Part shown: positions 18,286-29,744 of the stretch, one piece after another
How the letters are laid out: each line of letters opens with the position of its first letter
Position numbering within the stretch: position 1 is the stretch's first letter
NCBI GenBank assembly: GCA_964577465.1
Contig: CAZNZF010000002.1
Coordinates: 1,336-65,335 of the forward strand
DNA: 64,000 nt
Direction of reading: 5' to 3'
Origin: an uncultured bacterium
GTDB lineage: Bacteria > RBG-13-66-14
Translations under genes and position numbers: made by a program
The notes under the pieces: generated by a model
The model's input: only the letters and a program-made list of their open reading frames with translations
What the model was told of the DNA's origin: nothing
Database searches by the model: none

Positions 18286-19560
18286 ATGGACTACGACTTC
18301 ATCCAGGCCCTGGAAGCCATCGCCCGGAACAAGGGCATCGAGCAGGACATCCTTTACGAAGCCCTGGAGGCTGGTCTCATGGCCGCCGGCCGGCGCCGGT
18401 TCGGCGAGCACGCCATCATCACGTCCCAGGTGGACCTGGACGAGGGGAAGGTCCTGGTCTGGCTGACCAAGAAGGTCGTGCGCCGGGTCAAGGACCACAT
18501 CACGGAGATTTCGCAGAAGGACGCGCGGTATCTGGCCGGCAGCGAGGTGGTCATCGGCGACGAGCTGGACATCGAGGTGGACACGGCCGAGTTCGGCCGC
18601 TCCGCCGCCCAGACCGCCAAGCAGGTCGTCATGCAGCGCATCCGGGAGGCCGAGCGGGACACCATCTTCGACGAGTTCAAGCACCGCGAGGGGACCCTGA
18701 TAAACGGCATCGTCCAGGGCGACTCCGCCGGCGGAATCGTCGTCGACCTGGGGCGCACCGACGGCATCATGCCCTATTCCGAGCGTATCCCCCGCGAGCA
18801 GTACCGCAAGGGGGACCGCGTCAAGGCCTTCGTGCTCGAGGTGCGCAAGACCAACCGCAGCCCGCAGATAATCCTCTCCCGGCGCCACCCGGGCCTGGTG
18901 GAGCAGCTCTTCGCCCAGGAGATTCCCGAGGTGGCCGACGGGACGGTTGATATAGCCGCCATCGCCCGCGACGCCGGTTTCCGCACCAAGGTCGCCGTCC
19001 GCTCCAACGACCCCAACGTGGACGCCGTGGGCACCTGCGTGGGGCTGCGCGGCTACCGCATTCAGTCCATCGTGCGCGAGCTGGACCAGGAGCGGGTGGA
19101 CCTCGTTTTGTGGGACTCCGATATGCTCCGGTTCGCCAAGCACGCCTTCAACCCGGTGGAGGTCCTGCGGGCCGAATACGACGAGACCAACGAGCGGGTT
19201 CTGGTCGTCGTTCCCGAGGAGAAGCTGTCGGTGGCCATCGGCAAGGGCGGGCGGAACATCAAGCTCGCCTCGCGGCTGGTCGGGGTCCGCATCGACGTAC
19301 GCAGCCCCGAGCAGTACGAGGAGGAGAAGACCGCCCTCACGGCCCAGGAGGAGCAGGAGGAGGTCGTCGCCGACCTGACCTGCCTGCCCGGGGTCGGCGA
19401 GTCCACGGCGATAAATCTCTTCGCGGCCGGTTTCGACGGCGTGGAGGCCGTGGCGGCGGCGTCGGCGGAGAATCTGTCCCAGGCCAAGGGCATCGGACCG
19501 AAAACGGCGGAGAAGCTCATAGCTGCCGCCAAGAAGCTCCTGGAGGAAGAGGGCTACTAG
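18286..19560 (+). CDS. nusA: Transcription termination/antitermination factor NusA
   Basis: N-terminal domain, S1, KH1/KH2, and C-terminal HhH repeats (GVGESTAINLFAAGF, GIGPKTAEKLI). Confidence 0.95.
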   Translation: MDYDFIQALEAIARNKGIEQDILYEALEAGLMAAGRRRFGEHAIITSQVDLDEGKVLVWLTKKVVRRVKDHITEISQKDARYLAGSEVVIGDELDIEVDTAEFGRSAAQTAKQVVMQRIREAERDTIFDEFKHREGTLINGIVQGDSAGGIVVDLGRTDGIMPYSERIPREQYRKGDRVKAFVLEVRKTNRSPQIILSRRHPGLVEQLFAQEIPEVADGTVDIAAIARDAGFRTKVAVRSNDPNVDAVGTCVGLRGYRIQSIVRELDQERVDLVLWDSDMLRFAKHAFNPVEVLRAEYDETNERVLVVVPEEKLSVAIGKGGRNIKLASRLVGVRIDVRSPEQYEEEKTALTAQEEQEEVVADLTCLPGVGESTAINLFAAGFDGVEAVAAASAENLSQAKGIGPKTAEKLIAAAKKLLEEEGY

Positions 19561-19633
19561 AAGGACGTTCGGGATGACCGCATCCCGTCATTTTTCCGAG
19601 AGGCACACGGCGCGAGAGGATTTATAGAGGGTC

Positions 19634-22123
19634 ATGAGGGTCCACGAGCTGTCAAAAGAATTCGGCATCCCGTCAAAGCTCCTGGTCGCCAGGATGCGCT
19701 CCCTGGGTATCGAGGTGTCCGGCCACATGTCGTCGGTCAACCCCGAGCAGGAGAAGCTGCTGCGCACGAAGTTCAAGGCGCAGGCGTTGGCCGACGCCAC
19801 CTTCGAAAAACCGCCCAAGGCCCGACGGGTGAGGAAACCGGTGACCCTGGAGGAGAAGGCCCGCGCCCGGGCCGAATCCGTGGGGACCAAGCGCTCCACC
19901 GACAAGCCCCGGGTCCGCGTCCGTCACCACGCCGAAGAGGAGGTTGTCCAGGCCGAGGCCGGCACCGTCACCGAGGAGCGGGAGGTCGGCGTCGAGGCCG
20001 GGGACGAAATCCTCACCGCCCCCAAGGTCCATCTCAAGGGCGCCGCCCGGCTCAAGGCGAAAAAAGATGTCCCGAAGAAGGAGATGGAGACGCCCGTCGA
20101 GGTGGCCCCGGAGGAAGCGGCGAAGCCGGTCTCCCCTCCGGTGACTCCCCGGCGCGACATCAAGCGGCCCGATTTCGAAGCCCAGGAGGAGGAGGAGGAA
20201 AAGCCCGGTGGCTCGCGGGTGCTCTACCGACCCGAGAAGCCGGTCGCCGCCGAGGACCTGGGATTGACGACCGCCCCGACGAAGAAGCCGCCCAAGACCG
20301 TGCGCCGCCGTCGCCGCCGTCGCCGCCGGAAATCGAGCTCGGTGATGATTCACGAGCTGCGCACCAGCCGCAAGACGCGGTCCAAGCCCAAGGAAGAGGC
20401 GAAACGGGTTCACATCTCGCGGCCCATCACCCCCATCGAGCTGGCCGAAATGCTTCACCTCCCGGTGGACGAGGTCCTGGCGAAGCTCGTCGAGCTGGGT
20501 GAGGAGTACGGGACCATCGAGGAGATGGACATCGTGACCGTGGCCAGCCTGGTGGACGAGTTGGGCTTCGAGGCGGTCCTGCCGACCGACTTCGACGACG
20601 AGAGCAAACTGAAACCGCGCCCGCCGATTATCGCCGTGCTGGGCCACGTGGACCACGGCAAGACCACCCTGCTGGATTACATCCGCCAGACCGAGGTGGC
20701 CGTCGGTGAGGCGGGGGGTATTACCCAGCACATCGGCGCCTACCAGGTTTCGACCAAGCACGGCCCCATCACCTTCATCGACACACCGGGCCACGAGGCT
20801 TTTACCGCGATGCGGGCCCGGGGCGCCGAGGTGACCGATATCGTCGTTCTGGTGGTCGCCGCCGAGGACGGCGTCATGCCCCAGACCGTCGAGGCCATCA
20901 ACCACGCCCGCGCCGCCGACGTCGAGATAGTCGTGGCCATCACCAAGATGGACAAGCCCGAGGCCGACGCGGAAAAGGTTCGGCGTCAGCTCTCCAAGTA
21001 CAACCTGGCCCCCGAGGAATGGGGCGGCCAGACCACTTTCTGCGAGGTGTCCGGCATCACCGGCCAGGGCGTGGAGCAGCTCCTGGAGAACCTCGCCCTC
21101 CACGGCGAGATGCTGGAGCTCAGGGCCGACGAGAGTGCCAACCCCCAGGGCGTCATCATCGAGACCCGCATAGACCGCGGCCGGGGCGGCGTCGGTACGG
21201 TCATCATCACCGACGGCACGCTGAAAATCGGTCAGGCCTTCGTCTGCGGCACACAGGCCGGCAAGATCCGCCTGATGACCGACGACAAGGGCAAGCCGGT
21301 AAAGTCCATCCCGCCCGGCACGCCCGGCGAAATCCAGGGGTTCGACGGTCTCCCCGAAGCGGGCGATTCCTTCATCTCCGTTTCCGACGAGAAGACGGCC
21401 CGCGCCATCGCCTCCCTGCGCCAGTCCGCCGGCCGCGAGGAGAAGCTGGAGAGCGCCAAGCGTAAGACCCTGGCGGATTTCCTCAAGCCCGGCGGGGTCG
21501 AGGAGGCGAACAAGCTGCCCCTCATCATCAAGGGCGACGTGAACGGGACCGTGGAAGCCGTGCGGGATTCCCTCGTCCGGTTCAACTCCGACGAGGTGGA
21601 AATCGAGGTCATCCACTCCGCCGTCGGTGGGGTGACCGAGGCGGACGTGCAACTGGCCGCGGCCACCGGCGCGGTGGTCGTCGGTTTCAACGTGGTGCCC
21701 GATTCCAAGGCGGTGAACCTCGCCCAGAAGATGGACGTGCAGGTCAAGCTCTTCCGGATAATCTACGAGCTCCTGGACGAGATTAAATCCATCGTGAGCG
21801 GCATGCTGGCCCCGGAAATCCGCGAGCAGGGGCTGGGGCAGGCGGAGGTCCGGGAGACGTTCCGCATCCCCCGAATCGGCATAATCGCCGGCTGCTACGT
21901 GACCTCGGGCAAGGTGAAGCGCAACGTCATGGCCCGGCTGGTCCGGGACGGGCGGCTGGTTTACGAGGGCCGGCTCTCGAGCCTCCGGCGGTTCAAGGAG
22001 GACGTTCGCGAGGTCGCCGAGGGCTACGAGTGCGGAATCGGCCTCGAGCGCTTCGACGACATCCACATCGGCGACACCATCGATGTTTACGAACTGGTCG
22101 AGGAGGCCCGCGAACTCGTGTAG
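19634..22123 (+). CDS. infB: Translation initiation factor IF-2
   Basis: G-domain [15 protein letters not shown]...DTPGHEAF...ITKMDK. Long low-complexity N-terminal region including an Arg run. Conserved rimP-nusA-infB order. Confidence 0.95.
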   Translation: MRVHELSKEFGIPSKLLVARMRSLGIEVSGHMSSVNPEQEKLLRTKFKAQALADATFEKPPKARRVRKPVTLEEKARARAESVGTKRSTDKPRVRVRHHAEEEVVQAEAGTVTEEREVGVEAGDEILTAPKVHLKGAARLKAKKDVPKKEMETPVEVAPEEAAKPVSPPVTPRRDIKRPDFEAQEEEEEKPGGSRVLYRPEKPVAAEDLGLTTAPTKKPPKTVRRRRRRRRRKSSSVMIHELRTSRKTRSKPKEEAKRVHISRPITPIELAEMLHLPVDEVLAKLVELGEEYGTIEEMDIVTVASLVDELGFEAVLPTDFDDESKLKPRPPIIAVLGHVDHGKTTLLDYIRQTEVAVGEAGGITQHIGAYQVSTKHGPITFIDTPGHEAFTAMRARGAEVTDIVVLVVAAEDGVMPQTVEAINHARAADVEIVVAITKMDKPEADAEKVRRQLSKYNLAPEEWGGQTTFCEVSGITGQGVEQLLENLALHGEMLELRADESANPQGVIIETRIDRGRGGVGTVIITDGTLKIGQAFVCGTQAGKIRLMTDDKGKPVKSIPPGTPGEIQGFDGLPEAGDSFISVSDEKTARAIASLRQSAGREEKLESAKRKTLADFLKPGGVEEANKLPLIIKGDVNGTVEAVRDSLVRFNSDEVEIEVIHSAVGGVTEADVQLAAATGAVVVGFNVVPDSKAVNLAQKMDVQVKLFRIIYELLDEIKSIVSGMLAPEIREQGLGQAEVRETFRIPRIGIIAGCYVTSGKVKRNVMARLVRDGRLVYEGRLSSLRRFKEDVREVAEGYECGIGLERFDDIHIGDTIDVYELVEEARELV

Positions 22124-22289
22124 TCCGGCCGGGTGGGTTGGGGACGGCAGTTTTGTTTAAACGTGGGGTCGGCGTGTGCGGTTATTTGAGCCGCTTTTTT
22201 TTAGGGATCACCACTTCATTTCGGACCAGCACGATGTTGAGACGACCGCTAACGAGCTGTTAGCACACTTTTAAAAGAAGAGATGCTGA

Positions 22290-22340
22290 AGGTAAAAGGT
22301 GTAGGGCGGCCCTTCCACGGGCCGCCGAAAAGGGCGGGGC
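22290..22340. repeat. REP-like element (GTGTAGGGCGGC + hairpin), single copy
   Basis: GTGTAGGGCGGCCCTTCCACGGGCCGCC: a GTAG-led palindrome. The 12-mer GTGTAGGGCGGC is identical to the reverse complement of 29880-29891. Confidence 0.45.
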
Positions 22341-22653
22341 ATTCAAGAGGGTGATATAAATTCGACAGGCGTGTCCTTCCTCTTTGCCACATTCCTCCTG
22401 TTCTTTTGTGGCAGGGTCATAAACCTTGTGATGCTGTTTGTTAAAGCCTTTTTCCGATTGGCGGGGTCCGGTTAGGAAATGTGATTCCTTTTTTTTGTCG
22501 CCGCTGGTCCGGGGTGCCGTTCGTCGCTTGTTGAAAGACCCCTCCGGATACAGGATCTTTCTGAGTATTTACAGTGGATTGAGGAATCTAAGCCCCCGCC
22601 TGAATACTGGGGGTTTTCTGCACTGCGAGGTCGATTGCTCTACGTGCCATATG

Positions 22654-22686
22654 AAAAAAGGCCCCGCCGTAGCGGGGTCTTTATCG
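22654..22686 (-). terminator. Rho-independent terminator downstream of HEAT-repeat lipoprotein gene
   Basis: On the minus strand: GACCCCGCTACGGCGGGGCC followed by a T6 run. Confidence 0.55.
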
Positions 22687-22695
22687 AAATTTCAT

Positions 22696-25669
22696 TTAGG
22701 CTGGCGTTTCGGCCGTCTCGGGCGCGGGCAGCTCCAGGCCGGCCAGCGCGTCCCTCGCCGCCCGGACCAGCTCGGGGGGCGAATCGGCGGCTTCGATGAT
22801 CTGCGTCAGGTAGGCCCGGCCCACGCCGGTGGGGTCGTCGGCCAGGGAGCCCAGAACGGTCAGCCTCACGGCCAGGCTCTGGTCCTCGGTGGCTATCTGG
22901 CCCCATATAAGGGGCATGCGTTTGTCCGTCCAGGCCGCAATCCGCTCGGCCACCAGAACCCGGATGGGCTCGTCGCCGGTGCGGAACAGGCGGCGCAGGT
23001 ACGTCTGCGCCCCCAGGTCGTCCAGGGCGGCGATTAGCAGGGGGGCGTCCTCGGGGTAAGCGCTGATCTGTTCGGTCAGCCGGTCCAGAACCTTGTCGCC
23101 CCCGATTCTCGTCAGTATCGCGTACCCGAGCTGCCTTATCCCGGCGTCATCGTTATCGAGGTAAGGCTCGAAGGCGGCGTAGGCGGTGGGACGATACTGG
23201 GCGATGTTGTCCAGCAGCCCCTGACGCAGGTAGTCGTACTGCAGGGCCTTTTCGGCCACGATGGCGTAGGTGTCGGCGGACGCGGTATCCCCGGTGAGGG
23301 TCTGGGTCGCGTAGGCCCAGGCGGTAATATCCCGCGGCTCGGTGGCCAGCTCCTCGATTTGACTCTCCGGGGTGCCGGTCAGCTCAGCGGCCAGAAGCTC
23401 GATGCCGGCTCCGAGGGGCGTGATGGGAGGCAGGCCGGGATTGATGGTCAGGATGCTGTTGGAGTCGAGTTCCTCTTTCAGGAAAGCTATTCCGCGTCCC
23501 TCTTCGTCGTTGAGTCGGATGAGGCAGACGGCGGCGCCGTAGCGGACGTCGTCATCCTCATCTTTAAGATAGCCGGCGATCTCGTCGGCCATGCGTTTAT
23601 CCCCCATACGGGAGATGAAGTCCAGAGCGGCGATTTTTACCGACGGCGCGTCGTCCGTGGTGAGTACGTCGTGCACCTTGTCGATGGTGTTCTTGTCGCC
23701 GATGGCCAGGAGGGAGCCGATGGCGCTCTCCTGCACCCAGGGGCTTGAATCCTGAAGGGCCTGTCCCAGGAAGCCGGTGGTCCGCGTATCGGCGAATATG
23801 CCGAGGACCTGGGCGGCACCCCAGCGGACGTAGTCGGAACCGTCGTTCAGAAGGCCCACCGTGGGCATCACACCGCGGGTGTGGCCGATGTTCCCCAGGC
23901 AGGCCACGCCGATGAGCCGCCGGCCGACACTGGGGTCGGAAAGCATGTCGATGAAGTAGTTTATGCCGTCACGGTTGTCGAAGGATGCCAGCATGGAGGC
24001 GGCCCGCATCTTGACGAAGTAAATGTCACCCAGGCTCGAGGACAGATCGTCAAAGCTGTCCTTCGTCTCATCGAAAACGGCGTAATCGTCCTCACCCCGC
24101 TCGACCAGCGCCGCGAGCTCGTCTTTACTGTCCCTGAAGTTATACTTCGCGACGGTGTCGAGGGCGTCCCTCACAATCTGGATGTCCGGGTCTTTAAAGA
24201 GCTCCACGAGCATGGGGGGCGCCGGTGTTTCGGAGTTGCTGCGCATCGAAAGAGCGTTGATGGCGATGAGGCGTATCAGCTGGTCGTTGTCCGTTCCGAG
24301 GTAAACCTGTAGCTCCCCGTAATCGGCGATGGAGGCGACGGCGTAGGTGACTGCGGGGACGAGGGTCTCGTCGGTTACGGCGTACCTGAGCAGGCGGTCG
24401 AGGTCCTCGGAGCCGCCCAGGCAGCCCACGGCGCCGATGGCGGCGATGCGCACGTCGCTGTCGGGGTCGTCGAGGAAGCCGTTGACGGTGCCCAGGTAAT
24501 CCTCGTTGTTGAGGTTGGACAGGGAGTTGATCAACTGGAGCTTGACGAACCAGAGCTCGTCGGATTTCATGAGCGCCGCTTGCATCGCATCCCCGCCGGT
24601 GCGCATCCGTCCGAGAACCATAGCGGCCATCATCCGTCTCTGCGGGTCGACCTCGCCGAGGGCGGCAACGGCGGCCGTCTCGACCGCCTGCTTCCCCTCC
24701 TCGTTATCGAAGCTGGCGAGGGCGTTGACGGTGGCTATACGTACGTTCTCGTTGGCGTCGGCCAGGTAGCGCATCAGCGGCGTGATGGACGTCGGGTCGT
24801 CGAAAACGTCCAGGGCCTGGATGGCTGGGATGCGGACCGAGGACTCCGTGTCCGCCAGGGCGTCGATGCAGTGCTGGTAGACCGAGTCCTTCAGCGTCTT
24901 CAGATTCTGCCGGTCGAGCTCGGCCGTCTCCTCGTCCCCGTAGGAGAGGGATCGGGCGGCGTGCGCGAGGTAGTAGCTCCCGATGGCATGGATGGCGTTG
25001 AAGGTAGCGGCGCGGACTCCGGCCACCTTGTCCTCGGCGAGCTGCTTGAGGAAGTAGCCCGATTCGTGGAGGTGGAGGGCCGCCAGGGAACCGGCGGTGC
25101 AGATGCGGACGCCGGGGTCGGGATCGTTCGCGCCGTAGGAGAAGAGGTCTATGGCCTCCTCGCGCTCCTTCTCGGTGCCGAAGGCCAGTTGGCCGAGGGC
25201 GGCCATAACCTCGCAGCGGAACTGGGCCGCCAGCTCGATGGAGAGCTCGTCGTCCCCGATGGAGATGGGTTCCCCCAGGTTCTCGGTCTGGGACTGCGGG
25301 AGGTAAGCGGCGTCTATGAGCGGTTGGGTCGCGGAGATGGAACCGATGGCGGCCATGCCCCGGACCGCGGTGAGGCGGATGTCCGCCACCTCCCGCATGA
25401 TGGCCTCCTCGTCCATCTCCGAGAGACGGGCGGGGGGCACCTGGGTCTCGAACAGGTTGCGCACGGTCGTGAAATCGAGGAGCTTGGCGAAGATGTCCAC
25501 ACCCTCCTCGCCGAGCTTGACGATTTCGTCCCGGGCGATGAGTCTGGCACGGGCGTCCTCGGCGGTCACGACCGAGGTGAGGAGCTCGTCGCTGCCGGCG
25601 CCGCAACCTATGGTGGCGATGGTGCACAGCCCGATGAGAAGAGCGGCAAAATGGGTCAGGCGCATCTTG
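22696..25669 (-). CDS. Large HEAT/PBS-lyase-repeat lipoprotein (~990 aa)
   Basis: Lipobox IATIGC after a signal peptide. More than 15 repeats of the pattern D..VR..A..ALG.IG. The start was chosen at MRLTHFAALL. Confidence 0.7.
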
Positions 25670-25758
25670 GCCCCTTTCCGGGGGGTGGGATACCCCGTAA
25701 TACCAATAATTGGGTCAACTTTCAGTATTTTGATTCTAGCAGAACGCAAACTCCGAGG

Positions 25759-26694
25759 TCAAGAAATCGCTCCGAGACGACGCGCCAGAGCGTCGTAGAT
25801 AATCTCCTCCCCGCAGGCTTCCAGCGTAAGGGTTTCGAACCTCGGATCGGAGCGGAGCCAGGTCAGTTGGCGTTTGGCCAGCCTGCGCGTCGCCGTTGCG
25901 GTCTCCTCGATCGCCCGCTCGGTGGAAATCTCCCCGCGCAGGCACGCCGCCGCCTGGGTGTACCCGATGGACTCCAGGGCGGGCGCCGAGGGCGGGACGC
26001 CCAACTCGAGGAGCCCCCGCACCTCCTCCACCAGGCCCCGCTCGAACATCCGGCGGGCGCGGGCGTTTATCCTGCCGTAGAGCTCGTCCCGGGGACGGAC
26101 GAGGGCGAGCCGTGTCACCGGTCCCTCGAAGGAACGGGACGCAGGTTCGTCATTCCACTCGGAAAGCCCCCGTCCCGTCTGGAGGTGGACCGCCAGGGCC
26201 CGGACGAGACGCTGCCGGTCGTGGGGATGGATGCGGTCGGCCGAGACGGGATCGCTCCGTCGGAGCCTTTCCGCCAGCTCATCGGTCCCGAGCGCATCCA
26301 ATCCGCGCTCGATTTCGGGGTCCGTCTCCGGGGCCCCGCTCAGGCCGTCGAGGAGGGCCCGGGCGAAGAGGAGCGTCCCGCCGACGACCAGCGGGAGCCG
26401 ACCCCGGCGGTGGATTCCCGCCACGGCCCCGGCCGCCAGTCGGGCGTACCGGCCGGCGGAAAACCGTTCCGTGGGGTCGCACACGTCCACCAGGTGGATG
26501 GGCAGGCCGGCGCGCAGCTCGGGCGGGGGCTTGTTGGCCCCGATTTCCAACCCCCGGTAGACCTTGACCGAATCGCACAGGACCAGCTCGACGGGGAATG
26601 ACTCGGCGAGGCGAATCGCCAGGATGCCCTTGCCGACGGCCGTCGGACCGCCGAGGAAAAAAACTCCGGTTCGAGATGATTCGGCTTCGGTCAC
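25759..26694 (-). CDS. miaA: tRNA dimethylallyltransferase
   Basis: P-loop GPTAVGKG. Motifs LVDVCDP, LPLVVGGT, YTQAAA... Confidence 0.88.
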   Translation of the reverse strand: MTEAESSRTGVFFLGGPTAVGKGILAIRLAESFPVELVLCDSVKVYRGLEIGANKPPPELRAGLPIHLVDVCDPTERFSAGRYARLAAGAVAGIHRRGRLPLVVGGTLLFARALLDGLSGAPETDPEIERGLDALGTDELAERLRRSDPVSADRIHPHDRQRLVRALAVHLQTGRGLSEWNDEPASRSFEGPVTRLALVRPRDELYGRINARARRMFERGLVEEVRGLLELGVPPSAPALESIGYTQAAACLRGEISTERAIEETATATRRLAKRQLTWLRSDPRFETLTLEACGEEIIYDALARRLGAIS

Positions 26695-26779
26695 CGACGT
26701 GGCCCGGGGGAGGCGGGAAAGGTCGATTTACATTCGGTAAAAGACGTGTTAAATTGAGGTAGAGGCTTCGTATAGCGCC

Positions 26780-29653
26780 ATGACGTATATAGAGAAATTG
26801 CCACCCGAGTTCCGCCATCCGGCCGGGCTTTCCGGTCGCCGGAAGTACAGGCTGGTCAACGACCTTCCCGGTGCTGACCCCGGTCTGGACCGCATCTTCG
26901 AGGAGAGCCTGAACGTTGCCCGGCGCAGGGCTTTTCTCGTCGAGTGTGCCGGGGAGATGGGGGGCGACGGCGCCGCCTTTCGGGATGCGCTGGCCGACTT
27001 CGCGCGCGCGGCCGGGTTCAGGGTGATCCGAACCGCCGACCGGGGCGGGGTGGTGGAACCCCTGAGCCTGGCCAGGACGATCGTGGAGGGGTTCACCCCC
27101 TGGACGGAACTGGGTGAATCGCTCCCCACCGGGCTGGCGGAAAATCTCCACCTTATCGAGGAAGGCTACGCCGGAGACGTCGAAGGAAAAACCGGGGACG
27201 ACGAGCCTGATCCGACCGGTCTGCGCTGGACCCGGGTGGATTATACCATCGAGCTTCTCGGACGGGTCATGGAAGGGCCCACGGCGGTTTTCGCGGACAA
27301 CGCCGAGGGTGGAGGAGACCTGGAAACCCTGGCCGTTCTGGAAAGGCTGATGAGCGAGAGGAGCCACACGCCTCTTCTTCTGGTTTTGGGGGGGATAGGC
27401 GGCGCGGTCTCCTCCGAGTATTTTGACCGGGTGGACAGCCTCCACCTGCGCTACCTGCCCCAGGTCCGGTCCGAGGAGTTGGGGAGCCTCGGCGGGGAGC
27501 TGGGTCGGAGACTGAACCCGGGGCAGTTCGAGCATTACCTGGCGGAACTGCCCCGGAGCAGGATTCACGCCGAGCAGCTGCGGGCATTCTACGAGTTGGA
27601 CCTGGAAGGTGTGTTCGAGGAACGCCTGCTCACGTCGAAAACCCCCATCCAGCTCTTCATGTACCGCTGGGAGGGGCTGAAGGAGGAGGAAAAGAAGGTC
27701 CTGTGCGTCCTGGCCGGAGAGGCGCGCCCACAGTCGACGGAGGGCGTCGCGCGGGGCACCGGCTTCGGAAAGAAAAACGTGGAGAAGCTGCTGGGCGGGC
27801 TGACGGGGAAATTCTTCTGCGAGCGGGTGGGCGCGGCATACACACTCAGGGTGCCGCGTTTCGGCGGGTGGATAGCCGATTTCGCCGGTGAGATGATGGA
27901 CGACGTGCACCGGGCCTGGCTGTCCACGGAGGTCGAACCGGGGCGGAGCTTTGTCGAGGATTTTTTCCGGGTGAAGCGCCTCTCGGCCGTCGGTCGAGAC
28001 GACGAGGCCCTGACCGGAATGGTGGATGTTCTGAGGCGCCTGCACCGATCGGGCTTCTTCCCCACCATCTGCTCCCTGGAGCCCCTCGCGGAAGGAATCG
28101 CGTCCAGGGGCCGGGACAAAGGGTTGAGCCTTGAGGCCCGATTGAAACTCGCCCAGGCCGACATCGAGCTCCTCCGGTTCGATTCGGCTTTACGGCTTCT
28201 GGACATCGTCCGGGAATCGCTCTCGGCGGAGGACGACCCCTTCGCGGGTCGGGAGAGTCTCCTCCGGGGGGCCGTCCACGAGGCGAGGGGTGAGAACGAC
28301 GACGCGGTCCGGTGCTTTCGGGAGGCCGCGAAGCGGTTCGGTGAAACGCGGGAGGGGGCGCTGGCCCTTCGCCGGGCCGTGGACATCCAGGACACCCTCG
28401 GCGACCTCGAGCGGGACGGGTCTCTGGTGGACGAGCTGATGGGCTTTCCCGAGCGGGATGGCATCGGGTATGTGAAGAAGCTGATGAAGGCCAAGCACCT
28501 GAAGCGGGGCGGGAAGCTCGAGGAGGCGGGGGAAATCCTCGCCGACCTGGTCAAGGCGGTCAAGCGCGGCGGCATCACCTGGCTGGGAGTGTCGCCCGAG
28601 ATAGACCTGGGCAACCTCAACCGGCACATGGGGCGGCTGGAGGAGGCCGCGAAACTGCTCGGTGGGGCGGCGGAACGGGCCCGGCTCAGGGGTGACCTGC
28701 GGGGGTTGGCCGACGCCAAGTTGGGCCTGGCCGATATCCTCTACCTGCAGGGGCGCTTCGGTGAGGCGGCGGACCTCCACCTGGAATGCCTGCCGATATT
28801 CGACAGGGTGAGGGCGCCCTACGAGCGGATGACCATCCTGAACAACCTCGGCATGATTTACCTGAACTGGGGGAGGCTGGAGTCCGCCCTCGACTGCCTG
28901 GAGCGGTGCCGGGCGTACTTCGTCGGCACGCGTTACACGGCCTACCTCAACGCCGTGGAGCTGAACCTGGGGCTGGCGATGGTGAACCTGGGGCTGGCGG
29001 CCGAGGCGCTGACCACCCTGGACGGGCTCAAGGTCAGGCTGTCCGAGGAGAGTCCCTACCGCCGCATCCTGCTCTTCGTCATGGGTCGGGTGGCCCGGGA
29101 GCAGGAAAATCTCGTACTGGCCGAGGACCTCATGACGAAGGCGCTGGGCGGATTCCAGGAAACGTCCATGCTGGGTTGGGAGCTGAAGGCCCTCCAGCAT
29201 CTGGCTGAAATCATGGTGATGACCCAACGGCCGCAACGGGCGAAGGAGCTTATCGAAGAGGCCCTGCCCCGATTGGAGGGCCTGGGCTCGGACGTGCACC
29301 GGGCGGGTTTCCTGCAGGGGCTGGCGGAGGCCGAGCTGGCGCTGGGCGACGCCGACAAGGCCCTGGACCTGGCCCGGCAGGCCATGGTGCTCGACGAGAA
29401 GAGCGGCAATCCCGTCCACCAGGCCCTGCTGTATCACCTGATGGGACGCGCCCATCTGGCCCAGGGGGACAAGAAGGCGGCGAAAAACTCGCTCAAGAGT
29501 GCCTTGGACGAGCTGGAGGGGGTTCTGGGCGACCTGACGCAGGCCGGGCACCGGCGGTCCTTCCTCAGCCGTCCGGTCGTGCGGAATCTGTTCGCCACGG
29601 CCACGATGCTTTCCGTGAGCCTGGACCGGCGGAGGTTCGAGGAGGGGAGATAG
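26780..29653 (+). CDS. Large TPR-repeat protein with N-terminal non-TPR (possible STAND/MalT-like) region
   Basis: 957 aa. The C-terminal half carries many TPR helices (ILNNLGMIYLNWGRLESALDCLERC...). No clear Walker A motif was seen in the N-terminal half. Confidence 0.65.
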   Translation: MTYIEKLPPEFRHPAGLSGRRKYRLVNDLPGADPGLDRIFEESLNVARRRAFLVECAGEMGGDGAAFRDALADFARAAGFRVIRTADRGGVVEPLSLARTIVEGFTPWTELGESLPTGLAENLHLIEEGYAGDVEGKTGDDEPDPTGLRWTRVDYTIELLGRVMEGPTAVFADNAEGGGDLETLAVLERLMSERSHTPLLLVLGGIGGAVSSEYFDRVDSLHLRYLPQVRSEELGSLGGELGRRLNPGQFEHYLAELPRSRIHAEQLRAFYELDLEGVFEERLLTSKTPIQLFMYRWEGLKEEEKKVLCVLAGEARPQSTEGVARGTGFGKKNVEKLLGGLTGKFFCERVGAAYTLRVPRFGGWIADFAGEMMDDVHRAWLSTEVEPGRSFVEDFFRVKRLSAVGRDDEALTGMVDVLRRLHRSGFFPTICSLEPLAEGIASRGRDKGLSLEARLKLAQADIELLRFDSALRLLDIVRESLSAEDDPFAGRESLLRGAVHEARGENDDAVRCFREAAKRFGETREGALALRRAVDIQDTLGDLERDGSLVDELMGFPERDGIGYVKKLMKAKHLKRGGKLEEAGEILADLVKAVKRGGITWLGVSPEIDLGNLNRHMGRLEEAAKLLGGAAERARLRGDLRGLADAKLGLADILYLQGRFGEAADLHLECLPIFDRVRAPYERMTILNNLGMIYLNWGRLESALDCLERCRAYFVGTRYTAYLNAVELNLGLAMVNLGLAAEALTTLDGLKVRLSEESPYRRILLFVMGRVAREQENLVLAEDLMTKALGGFQETSMLGWELKALQHLAEIMVMTQRPQRAKELIEEALPRLEGLGSDVHRAGFLQGLAEAELALGDADKALDLARQAMVLDEKSGNPVHQALLYHLMGRAHLAQGDKKAAKNSLKSALDELEGVLGDLTQAGHRRSFLSRPVVRNLFATATMLSVSLDRRRFEEGR

Positions 29654-29744
29654 GAGCGGATGACGTGAAACGGCCCCGTCGCCGGGGTCATTCTTAATTT
29701 CCGTGAGGCGGGGGTGGCGATGGTGATTGCGTCAACTGCCGTGC

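Noticed and set aside
19673-22066. 797-aa ORF antisense to infB. Similar long ORFs: 4838-6496 (-), 17581-19143 (-), 24580-26601 (+), 28190-29551 (-), 50366-52135 (+), 45586-46953 (+), 39075-40883 (-, out of frame with hutU), 59778-60686 (+)
   Set aside because: The high GC genome has few stop codons in off-frames and on the antisense strand. These ORFs overlap strongly recognisable conserved genes, their translations are Arg/Gly/Pro-rich low-complexity sequence, and none has a recognisable domain.
22330-22360. tmRNA-like 5' segment (AATTCGACAGG resembling GGATTCGACGGG)
   Set aside because: No tRNA-like T-arm or CCA end, no resume-codon or tag reading frame, and no further tmRNA conserved blocks nearby.
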